DNA from: Spirochaetia bacterium
GTDB lineage: Bacteria; Spirochaetota; Spirochaetia; CADAEX01
NCBI GenBank assembly: GCA_963662265.2
Contig: CAXXHA010000035.1
Span: forward strand, 64,001 to 128,000
Direction of reading: 5' to 3'
DNA length: 64,000 nucleotides
Each line of letters begins with the position of its first letter. The first letter of the stretch is position 1. Below the pieces are notes generated by a model. It saw only the letters and a program-made list of their open reading frames with translations. It did not search any database and was not told where the DNA came from. This document shows positions 52,117 to 61,188 of the stretch, piece by piece. The translations under genes and the position numbers were made by a program.

Positions 52117-52284
52117 TATTTTCCCTCTTGTTAAAAGAATAATCTGTATCAGTAAAATTATAAAGCAGGCAAAGGTTCTAAATAATAAAAAACTGCAACA
52201 TGGAATATTTCCATGGAAGCTTCTTTTTCAGCATCTTATTAACGGGAGAAAATATCGGTAAACTTGCGCTGGATGCGAAAGGGA

Positions 52285-53253
52285 TCAGAATGCTGTAATC
52301 AGTGTGCCTGCCTTGCCCCTGAGCGCTTTTTTAAGATTGTCAACATCTGTAATTATTGCCCTGTTTTCTGAATCTGCCTGTATGAATTCAATTGCGGCCT
52401 GAATCTTTGGGCCCATTGAGCCTTCTGGGAATTCCCCCTGTTTCATATAATATCTTGCTTCAGCAAGAGTCATCCTGCTCATGATTTTCTCATTTTCTGT
52501 ACCGAAACCAAGTGAAACAGAAGGAACTCCTGTTATAATGACAAGTGTCTTAATCCCTACTGTGAGTGCGATTTTCATGCTTGCAAGATCCTTGTCAATT
52601 ACGCAGTCTACTCCCTCAAGAGTTCCGTCTTCCTCATAGTAAATTGGAATTCCTCCCCCCCCTCCGGTAACAATAATATATCCCTGCTCATGAAGCAGTT
52701 TTATTGCATCCTTCTCAACAACTTCCAGGGGATAGGGCGATGCCACATACCTTCTCCAGCCCCTTCCTGCATCGTTTTTTACAACCCAGTTGTTTTTTTC
52801 AGCCATGACTGCGGCTTCCTCTTCCGTGTAAAACCTTCCTATCGGTTTTGTCGGGTGTGAAAGTGCCGGATCTTTTCTGTCAACCACCATCTGGACAGGA
52901 ACAGCAACAACATTTTTTCTTATTCCCTTTCTTATCATCAGGTTCTGAATATTCTGCTCAAGCATGTACCCCATAGAGCCTTCTGTCATTGCATCTGCAA
53001 CACCCAGCGGTGTTTCAGGAATTATGTCCTTTGCCTGATCAACCATCATCATAAGTGCGCCCACCTGGGGCCCGTTTCCATGTGTAATAACAAAATTAAA
53101 TCCGTCTTCAATAAGGTCAACAACAGGTTTCAGACTCCTGTATGTGTTGCTCCACTGGGAATGGAAATCACCTGAATCCCCTTTTTTAATTATTGTATTT
53201 CCTCCCAGGGCAATTACTATTTTTTTATCCTGAATAATATATGAATCTGACAT
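52285..53253 (-). CDS. arcC: carbamate kinase
   Basis: ALGGN, THGNGPQVG, PTKPIG, GGGGIP, VIDKD, GSMGPK. Confidence 0.93.
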   Translation of the reverse strand: MSDSYIIQDKKIVIALGGNTIIKKGDSGDFHSQWSNTYRSLKPVVDLIEDGFNFVITHGNGPQVGALMMMVDQAKDIIPETPLGVADAMTEGSMGYMLEQNIQNLMIRKGIRKNVVAVPVQMVVDRKDPALSHPTKPIGRFYTEEEAAVMAEKNNWVVKNDAGRGWRRYVASPYPLEVVEKDAIKLLHEQGYIIVTGGGGGIPIYYEEDGTLEGVDCVIDKDLASMKIALTVGIKTLVIITGVPSVSLGFGTENEKIMSRMTLAEARYYMKQGEFPEGSMGPKIQAAIEFIQADSENRAIITDVDNLKKALRGKAGTLITAF

Positions 53254-53461
53254 TGTTTCGCCTCCTGCTGCCTGTGATATTCTGCAGCTGTTGTGTTTTT
53301 TTAATTTAAAATAAAAAGTGTAATGATATATGTTAATTTGAGTTTCTGTAATTTGTCAAAATATTTTCTGTTCTATTCTGAAAGTCCGGCTTGTTAATTA
53401 ATCTTCAGTTTTTTCATTTATGTAATTCACTGGTTTTTTACATAATAAAGAGTGTATAATT

Positions 53462-54955
53462 ATGATTATGACAGATATTGAGGAATACTCGGAAACTACA
53501 TCAGCTTATGAACTCTTTTTCTTTCTCTACAACAAGATCATAAAGAAAGAGATAACAACTTTTGAACAGCTTGTAAAAGCGGTTCAGACAGTTCCCGAAG
53601 GGGAAGCCAAGACAAGAGTTCTTAAAAACGGGTTTATGCTTATAATAAAGCTTAACTGGGGATTTTTCAGCCAGCTTTCTCCCGATACATATCCCAAGCT
53701 GTGGAAGAAGCTTACAGTTTCCGACCGTGATTATCATTTCGGCGCCGATCTGAAGCGTAATATGACAATAACAAATATTTATATGAGTTTTATTGATATT
53801 CACGGGTATACTGCATTCTGCCTCAATTCAGGGCTTAATACATCCAGGCTCCAGAAGCTTGATGAATTCATAGACAAGCATGTAAATGAGATTGCAAGAA
53901 AGAATCATGTTCTCTGCAGAAGGATGAGGGGAGATGAGATAATTCTTGCAGGAACATCAGCAATTGATATTGTAGAGACTACAGTTCAGATTGCAGATTA
54001 CTTTTCCGGTAAAAAGCTTATTAACAGTACCCGGTTCATAGAATCCAGAAGTTCAAGACCTCCTCTGCTTCCGGATATGACTATATCTGCAGGTATCGCG
54101 GGAGGGAAGAAATTTACTCCTCTTGTTGTTACATCGGACGGGGATCTTTCAGGTACTGTTGTAAATACAGCTGCCCGTCTGCAGGGGCAGGCTAATAAAA
54201 TTTCCAAAAATAAAAACAGGATACTGTCATCCAATCATGTTGTCGGAAACTATATAAGGGAAGCATCCGGAAGAAAGGGGACGCTGCTTGAAGAGAATCA
54301 TCTTGATTTTTTCAATGGCGGTTATGTGAGTTTTAAAGGGGTCGGCGTTACCATAAATGAAGTTATTATTAATAAGAAGGAATGCTGCAGGATGTCTTAT
54401 CAGAAGGAGCTTCTTGATCTTGTGGATTCACTTAAAAAGAACCTGTGGAATGATAAAATATTTACAAATCTTATGAATCTCATAATTGCCGCAGCTGAAA
54501 AATCACCTCCCTTTCTTGTCTCTCTTGATGAGGAATATCCTATAAACAATGCTGATCTGTCAGTTATTGCAAAAAAAACACTGTCCCTGTTTCAGGAGAA
54601 ATCATATATAGAAGCTGTTGACCAGCTGGATATAATTTACAGGCATGTTAAGGATAACGAAGCGCTTGATTATTTTACAGTTGTATATACAGAGAATATT
54701 CTGAATGCTTACAGGAAGATTGTTGCAGGGTACCGCAGAAATTTCGAGAAACTGATAGAGGGAGAGGCAAAGAGGCATATGTCGCCGGAAGACATGGACA
54801 GGTACAATACGCTTAAAACCCAGTCTGCCGTGTATGAGAAACTCAGAAACAGGCTTCATAATAAAATATCACATCAGAAACGGAAAATAATCTGGACATC
54901 AACTGTAAACCTTGAAAAGACAGATCTTGTGTTCCAGATATATTTCGGTAAATAG
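53462..54955 (+). CDS. class III nucleotide cyclase domain protein
   Basis: FIDIHGYT, GDEII, GTVVNTAARLQ, FKG; start may be 53468. Confidence 0.7.
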   Translation: MIMTDIEEYSETTSAYELFFFLYNKIIKKEITTFEQLVKAVQTVPEGEAKTRVLKNGFMLIIKLNWGFFSQLSPDTYPKLWKKLTVSDRDYHFGADLKRNMTITNIYMSFIDIHGYTAFCLNSGLNTSRLQKLDEFIDKHVNEIARKNHVLCRRMRGDEIILAGTSAIDIVETTVQIADYFSGKKLINSTRFIESRSSRPPLLPDMTISAGIAGGKKFTPLVVTSDGDLSGTVVNTAARLQGQANKISKNKNRILSSNHVVGNYIREASGRKGTLLEENHLDFFNGGYVSFKGVGVTINEVIINKKECCRMSYQKELLDLVDSLKKNLWNDKIFTNLMNLIIAAAEKSPPFLVSLDEEYPINNADLSVIAKKTLSLFQEKSYIEAVDQLDIIYRHVKDNEALDYFTVVYTENILNAYRKIVAGYRRNFEKLIEGEAKRHMSPEDMDRYNTLKTQSAVYEKLRNRLHNKISHQKRKIIWTSTVNLEKTDLVFQIYFGK

Positions 54956-55097
54956 CTGAGGTAAATATTTAATTGATTTTCTGTTTATCCTGTCAGCCGG
55001 ATTTAGCCTGGAATCCGGTGCAGGGGAACTGAATAATTATTTTCGAAGAGATTAAGTTGGTTTTGACAGCTGAGTCCTCCTGTCATAAAATAATTAC

Positions 55098-55469
55098 ATG
55101 AAAATAATAGAAAATGAAAATATGCCTTCTGCAAACGGTCACTATTCACAGTGTATTGAGCACAATGGAATCCTGTATCTTTCGGGTCAGCTTCCAGTTG
55201 TACCTGTTACCCGGGAAATTCCTGAAGGGATAAAAGAGCAGACCCATCAGGCCCTGGTGAATGTTGAGAGTATCCTGAACGCTGCGGGTAGCAGCAGGGA
55301 AAAAATACTGAGTGTGAGAATTTATGTTTCTGATATCTCGCTCTGGGATGATGTTAACGAGGTTTATGCTTCTTTTTTCGGCAGCCACAAGCCTGTAAGG
55401 TGCGTTGTCCCTGTAAAGGACCTTCATTTCGGATGTCTTGTGGAAATAGAAACAACAGCTGTTGTTTAG
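55098..55469 (+). CDS. RidA/YjgF family protein
   Basis: GHYSQ, LSGQLP, VNEVY, KPVR, VEIE. Confidence 0.9.
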   Translation: MKIIENENMPSANGHYSQCIEHNGILYLSGQLPVVPVTREIPEGIKEQTHQALVNVESILNAAGSSREKILSVRIYVSDISLWDDVNEVYASFFGSHKPVRCVVPVKDLHFGCLVEIETTAVV

Positions 55470-55580
55470 GTTATCAGAAAGATAAAGTCCTGTTTTATTC
55501 TCAGGTCGGGTCACAAACCCTTTGCTTGCGGCGGTGTTATTGACTGGTCGGGCATCACCCAGATGTTTTAAACTGTTCTG

Positions 55581-56408
55581 TCAGGACAGTTTTCTCAGCC
55601 ATCTTTCAGTGTGATAGCTGAATTCCTCTTCCTTTTCTATTTGAAGCATGTGGCCTGCCCCGTCAAGGACGATGAAATCCCCCCTTGGAAAATTATCTGC
55701 CAGTTTGAAGGAATCCCTGTACCCGACAGACTGGTCCTGCATCCCGAGAAAAATCAGAACAGGTTTTTCATACGGCCTGTCAAGAGAATCAATATTATCG
55801 CTGAATGTGTATCCTTCCCTCTTTATTTTTTTCAGGAGGGTAATATTGCTTTTTCTTACACCCGACCTGACCTCTTCAAGATATCTTTTCCATACTTTTT
55901 CTGTCTGCCTGGTGAGAACTGTGTCGCATGTTCTCCTGTCATTATCAGAAAGAGATTTGTAGAGATCCTTATCCCTCTCAACTATTTTCGGGCGCGGAAT
56001 ATCTCTCTTCTCAAACTCTGCAACTGCAACAGGGCATATCATCATAAGCCCGCCAACCCTTTTAAAGTCTTTTTTGAGAAGAGCCCTGGCAAGATATGAT
56101 CCGTATGATTCTGATGCTATATAGTATGTATCCTCTTTAATCAGTTCCCTGACAGCTTCTTCAAGTATGCTGAAAAGTTCATCAGTGGTTGATATCTCCT
56201 CTTTCAGAAGAGTGTTCCCCATTCCGGGCAGGTCTATATAGATCCGTTTGAAATTCTTTAATTCTTCATCATCGGTGTTTTCAAAAATTCTTTCCATACA
56301 CCCTTTCATCAGGTTATGGTCGCACCAGTTGCCGTGTATCATTAAAAGAGGCTTTCCCTCTCCGTGAATTTCATAATAGATATGAGCTTTTTCAAGATTC
56401 AGAAGCAT
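55581..56408 (-). CDS. alpha/beta fold hydrolase
   Basis: IHG, DLPGMG, ESYG nucleophile, AGH. Confidence 0.88.
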   Translation of the reverse strand: MLLNLEKAHIYYEIHGEGKPLLMIHGNWCDHNLMKGCMERIFENTDDEELKNFKRIYIDLPGMGNTLLKEEISTTDELFSILEEAVRELIKEDTYYIASESYGSYLARALLKKDFKRVGGLMMICPVAVAEFEKRDIPRPKIVERDKDLYKSLSDNDRRTCDTVLTRQTEKVWKRYLEEVRSGVRKSNITLLKKIKREGYTFSDNIDSLDRPYEKPVLIFLGMQDQSVGYRDSFKLADNFPRGDFIVLDGAGHMLQIEKEEEFSYHTERWLRKLS

Positions 56409-56615
56409 TTTGTTTCCTGTTCAGAATATTTTCATGCATAAAAACAACCGGATAGGGCTGAATATAAGTACATACGGCTAGCATATTAAAAACAGCAGTG
56501 ATATGTGTCAATCAGAATATTCAGCCGGAATAGATATTTTTGTTATGAACTGAAATTCTTGTGCTGAATTATTATCTATTTCCGGCAGGTCTTCTGACTG
56601 CAGGGGCACCTGGTT

Positions 56616-56963
56616 TTATTTATCGCCTTCTTCCGGCACTATGCATATAAAGGAAAAATCATTATCTCCGGCATTTTTAAACTGATGATCCTCTCCTCCT
56701 TTTATATAGGCAGTATCTCCAGCTTTAACTGTTTTTTCCTCTCCGTCAATCAGCAGGGTACCCTGGCCCTTGATTATATAATTGATATGAGGCCATGAAT
56801 GTGTATGTCTTGGTGTGTATCCCTCTTTTGATAGAGTGAATATTCGCATTACCCAGCCGTCCCATCCTTCTTTACCTGATATGGGCGTCTGTTTCACAAT
56901 ATTCCTGGCTGTTTCCATATTTATTGCAATTTTTTCTACATCTTCGCTTTTTACTAAAGGCAT
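56616..56963 (-). CDS. cupin domain protein
   Basis: TPRHTHSWPH, G.G, HQFKN, FICIVP. Confidence 0.88.
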   Translation of the reverse strand: MPLVKSEDVEKIAINMETARNIVKQTPISGKEGWDGWVMRIFTLSKEGYTPRHTHSWPHINYIIKGQGTLLIDGEEKTVKAGDTAYIKGGEDHQFKNAGDNDFSFICIVPEEGDK

Positions 56964-57280
56964 GGCTTTTCTCCTGGTTTGATAATATTTAGTCTGTATC
57001 TGAATTTTAATATATTGCCGGATTATCTGATAGTCAAATGTATATTTAAAATAATGCCTGAGATTATTAAATTGTATTAAATAAAAATGAAATTATTGTT
57101 AAAAAATATATTGCAGAATTATATTGATAATTAGAACATAGCGTCTTAGAATATATAATCTGATACCTGCAGAATTTCTTTAAATATCTAATCTTATGGA
57201 TAGTAATTATCTCCTAAACAGATGCAGGTTACAGTCAGGAAAATAATTATTCGTCTGTTAAGACTTTTCAGGAGATTTAT

Positions 57281-57745
57281 ATGAGCGATAATTTGAAACC
57301 CTGCACCAAGTGTATTGAATTTTATCAGACTGGTGCTGACAGTGAATTCAACTGTTCAGAAGCAACATTATTTGGTCTGGCTGATTATTTGAATATCAGT
57401 TCAGAACTTATCCCTTCGCTTGCAACACCTTTCGGAAGGGGAGTTGCCCGAAACGGTTATATGTGCGGCAGTCTTGTGGGCGGCTTGATTGCTATAGGTC
57501 TTAAATACGGAAGAAAGCGTATGGATGGGGATAAAAACCCTTCATACAGCAGGGCTGACAGGCTGATATCCAAATTCGTATCTAAATTCGGAACTGTCAA
57601 CTGTTCGGAAATAACAGGCATGAAAATGAAGGATCTTGTGAATGATGAAGAGGAAATGCTCCGTATTCATCATAATATCTGCAAACCGCTTGTTCGTCAG
57701 GTCTGCAAATGGACGATTGAAGAACTGGATAGTGAAGATTTATAA
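57281..57745 (+). CDS. C-GCAxxG-C-C family redox protein
   Basis: FNCSEA, PFGRG, CGSLVG, NCSEI, C-terminal C. Confidence 0.85.
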   Translation: MSDNLKPCTKCIEFYQTGADSEFNCSEATLFGLADYLNISSELIPSLATPFGRGVARNGYMCGSLVGGLIAIGLKYGRKRMDGDKNPSYSRADRLISKFVSKFGTVNCSEITGMKMKDLVNDEEEMLRIHHNICKPLVRQVCKWTIEELDSEDL

Positions 57746-58091
57746 AGCCGGTATACTCTTTCCAGATATATGCATTTCAAAATATCAAATCTACTCAAAA
57801 AGATAAAAAAATAACGATTAATATTTGACATGTTGAACTTTTAATGTTAGCCTCTTAATGGATATATATGTATCGATATAAATGTATTCTATAGGCAGGT
57901 GAAGATATGAAACATGGCAGCTGTTTATTGCTGCTTTAAATCAACTCTGTTGCCTTTTGAAAATATATTTTCCCCTGTAAAGGAAAGGCTGGTTAATGAG
58001 CAATAATACCTGATGCTTTTCTATTGTTGACTCGGGGAATTAATTATATTCTTTTTTTACGTTTTTCTTGATTTTAAAAAATGAGGTAGAA

Positions 58092-58553
58092 ATGATGGAT
58101 AAAAAAGAATGTATAGACCTTGGATTGAAATATTACAACAATCCTGATGGCGGCAAGCTTAACTGCTGTGAATCAACTCTTCTTGCTTTATGCAGTTATA
58201 TGGAACTTGCTGATGAGAATATCCCTGCAATTGCAACTCCCTTCGGAGGGGGAATAGGAGGATGCGGAAAGACCTGCGGCTGTTTAACAGGCGCTGCCAT
58301 GGCTATCGGGCTCAGGTACGGAAGGAAAAACGGAGATGAATGCAAAGATCCTGCAACTGATGCAGTCCGTGAATTGATGGACCTTTTCATGGAAAAATAC
58401 GGGACAACCGACTGCGGAGAACTGACTGGTATAATTATGAGGGAAACTGAACTGACAGATGAGGAAAAGAAGAAGCTTCATGACGATGTCTGCGATAGAG
58501 TTCTCTCAGATACGATTCTGTGGGCTTCCGGAATTCTGGATAAAAAAAATTAA
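58092..58553 (+). CDS. C-GCAxxG-C-C family redox protein
   Basis: NCCES, PFGGG, CGCLTG, DCGEL, C-terminal C. Confidence 0.88.
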   Translation: MMDKKECIDLGLKYYNNPDGGKLNCCESTLLALCSYMELADENIPAIATPFGGGIGGCGKTCGCLTGAAMAIGLRYGRKNGDECKDPATDAVRELMDLFMEKYGTTDCGELTGIIMRETELTDEEKKKLHDDVCDRVLSDTILWASGILDKKN

Positions 58554-58919
58554 GTCACGGGAGTTACCAGTGATATTTGGCATGATTCATGTGGTGCAGA
58601 TTATATGCAACTCTGTATTGTGTAATTATCAATTTTCAGCGAATTGAATATGTAATATATTTTGATTGAAAAACTGGTAAAATTCTATTTATATACCGGT
58701 TTTTTGTTCAAAAAACTTTATTTATTGCAATGCGATAAATGTGACTATATAATAGAAAAAAATCAGTAATAAAATAATAAATTAATTATTTGAGACTTGA
58801 GGTGTGGAAAAGGTATGCACCCGGCAGCATTAAATGCCGGAACTCACAGCATGGAGGGGACGGCCTTTATACTGTGTGTAAAATAATTAACTTTGTCAGG
58901 TTCAAATATAGGAGTGGAA

Positions 58920-59426
58920 ATGGGACAATGTTGTTGTGACGGTCTTAAGACTGAAGCTGAAGAAATTATCAAAGTAACCGGTGTTGGTCTGGAAAAGACA
59001 ATACCTATTCTACAGGAGATTCAGAAGAGGAAAGGATATATTCCTGAAGACCTTCTGAATAAAGTTGCAGAAATTGCAGGTATCCCTGAGAGTAAATTTT
59101 ACGGGGTTGCAACCTTTTATTCACAGTTCAGGTTTACACCTCTCGGAAAGTATCTCATCAAGGTTTGTAACGGTACTGCCTGCTTTGTTTCCGGGGCTGA
59201 TATTATTATTGATACACTTTCTGAGCTCCTTGGAGTTTCAGACGGTGAAACTACAGAAGACGGTCTTTTTACACTTGAAACAGTAGCATGTCTCGGGTGC
59301 TGTTCGCTTGCACCTGTAGTCATGATTAATGACAGAGTATACGGAAAGCAGAGTGTTGACAGTATCAGGAAGCTTATTGCAAAGATAAGGGAAGAGGAAA
59401 AGTCAGCTGTCGGAGAGGGTGTTTAA
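58920..59426 (+). CDS. NuoE/HydC-like 2Fe-2S subunit
   Basis: VATFYSQF, VCNGTAC, ACLGCCSLAP. Confidence 0.9.
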   Translation: MGQCCCDGLKTEAEEIIKVTGVGLEKTIPILQEIQKRKGYIPEDLLNKVAEIAGIPESKFYGVATFYSQFRFTPLGKYLIKVCNGTACFVSGADIIIDTLSELLGVSDGETTEDGLFTLETVACLGCCSLAPVVMINDRVYGKQSVDSIRKLIAKIREEEKSAVGEGV

Positions 59427-61178
59427 ATGTCAGATACTATAGTAAAAGTCGGGCTTGGTTCCTGCGGTATTGCAGCAGGTGCTCTTGATGTTTTCAATCA
59501 TCTTGAACAGGACAGCGAAAAGGATTTTCAGCTCCATCAGACATCCTGTATAGGTCTCTGTTTTGCCGAACCCATTGTAGAGGTTCATAAAGATAATGAA
59601 AGAACTGTATACGGCAATGTTGATATCAAATTTGCTGATAAAATAATCGAAGGTCTTGCCCGCGGAGAGCTCCCTTCTGAAAACAGGGTGCTTGAAGATG
59701 AGAATGCGTCAAAGTATATTAAGCGGCAGGTCAAGTTTGCTCTTAAAAACTGCGGTGTTATTGATCCTGAAAACATAGATGAATATATAGAAAGGGACGG
59801 GTATAAGGCCCTTGAAAAAGCAGCGTCTTCAATGACCCCTGAAAAAATAATTGAAGTAATGAAAGACTCAGGCCTGAAAGGCCGTGGCGGCGGTGGTTTT
59901 CTCACCGGGCAGAAGTGGGAATTTCTTAAAAACGCAAAGAAAGATAAGAAATATCTTGTCTGTAATGCTGATGAGGGAGACCCCGGTGCATTTATGGACA
60001 GGGCAATACTTGAAGGTGATCCCCATACTGTTATTGAAGGGATGACAATAGCTGCATTTGCAACAGGAGCATCTGAAGGATATGTTTACTGCAGGGCGGA
60101 GTATCCTCTTGCAGTAAAGAGACTGCATAAGGCTATTGCTGATGCAGAGGAAAGAAATTATCTGGGCGATGATATTCTCGGAAAAGGATTTTCATTTCAC
60201 CTTCATGTAAAAGAGGGTGCAGGTGCATTTGTCTGCGGTGAAGAGACAGCTCTTATTGCATCTATTGAGGGGGGCAGGGGAATGCCTCACCTGAGACCTC
60301 CTTTTCCTGCAGAGTCTGGGATTCATCATCTTCCGACAAATATCAACAATGTTGAAACATATGCCAATGTTTCCAACATAATCTATAACGGGGCTGAGTC
60401 ATTCAATGTTTACCGGTCAAAAAACAGTTACGGAACCAAGGTTTTTGCTCTTGCAGGCAAGATCAAGAATGTGGGTCTTGTTGAAATTCCGATGGGACTC
60501 ACTATCCGGGAAGTTGTTGAAGAGATAGGCGGCGGATCCTCTACAGGCAAAAAGCTTAAAGCTGTCCAGATGGGCGGTCCTGCAGGCGGCTGTATTCCGG
60601 AGTCTCTTTTTGATACACCTATTACATATGAAGATATAAATGAAACCGGTGCTATCATGGGTTCAGGTGGACTCATTGTAATGGATGAAACCTCCTGTAT
60701 GGTTGATGTGGCAAGGTATTTCCTTCAGTTTACACAGCAGGAATCATGCGGAAAATGTACTTTCTGCAGAATCGGGACAAAACGAATGCTTGAAATCCTT
60801 ACCCGCATAACAGAAGGGGAAGGCAGTCTTGAAGATATTGATCTTCTCGCATCGCTTTCCGACCATGTAGGCAAGACTTCTCTCTGCGGTCTGGGCCAGC
60901 TTGCACCGAACCCTGTAAAGACAACTCTCAAGTATTTCAGGGATGAGTATGTTGCTCATGTTAAAGATAAGAAATGTCCTGCCGGAGTATGCAGGTCTCT
61001 TATCGAGATAAAGATTGATGCTGAAAAATGTACCGGATGTACAGCATGTGTAAGAGTTTGTCCTGTTAATGCAATAAGTGGCGAAAGAAAACAGCCGCAT
61101 GTTATTGATCAGGAAAAATGTACAAGATGCGGTATGTGTATTGAAAAATGCAGATTTGATGCAATAGACAGGATTTAG
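59427..61178 (+). CDS. NuoF/HydB-like FMN/NADH subunit with N-terminal 2Fe-2S and C-terminal 2x4Fe-4S
   Basis: GRGGGGF, NADEGDPGAFMDR, AFVCGEETAL, SCGKCTFC, two CxxCxxCxxxC. Confidence 0.9.
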   Translation: MSDTIVKVGLGSCGIAAGALDVFNHLEQDSEKDFQLHQTSCIGLCFAEPIVEVHKDNERTVYGNVDIKFADKIIEGLARGELPSENRVLEDENASKYIKRQVKFALKNCGVIDPENIDEYIERDGYKALEKAASSMTPEKIIEVMKDSGLKGRGGGGFLTGQKWEFLKNAKKDKKYLVCNADEGDPGAFMDRAILEGDPHTVIEGMTIAAFATGASEGYVYCRAEYPLAVKRLHKAIADAEERNYLGDDILGKGFSFHLHVKEGAGAFVCGEETALIASIEGGRGMPHLRPPFPAESGIHHLPTNINNVETYANVSNIIYNGAESFNVYRSKNSYGTKVFALAGKIKNVGLVEIPMGLTIREVVEEIGGGSSTGKKLKAVQMGGPAGGCIPESLFDTPITYEDINETGAIMGSGGLIVMDETSCMVDVARYFLQFTQQESCGKCTFCRIGTKRMLEILTRITEGEGSLEDIDLLASLSDHVGKTSLCGLGQLAPNPVKTTLKYFRDEYVAHVKDKKCPAGVCRSLIEIKIDAEKCTGCTACVRVCPVNAISGERKQPHVIDQEKCTRCGMCIEKCRFDAIDRI

Positions 61179-61188
61179 AGGAATATTT

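Noticed and set aside
55500-55565. ZTP-riboswitch-like words (tgactgg, gggca)
   Set aside because: Lies between convergent genes and lacks the full consensus
58576-58595. sigma54 promoter (tggcatgattcatgt)
   Set aside because: The -12 position is GT rather than GC
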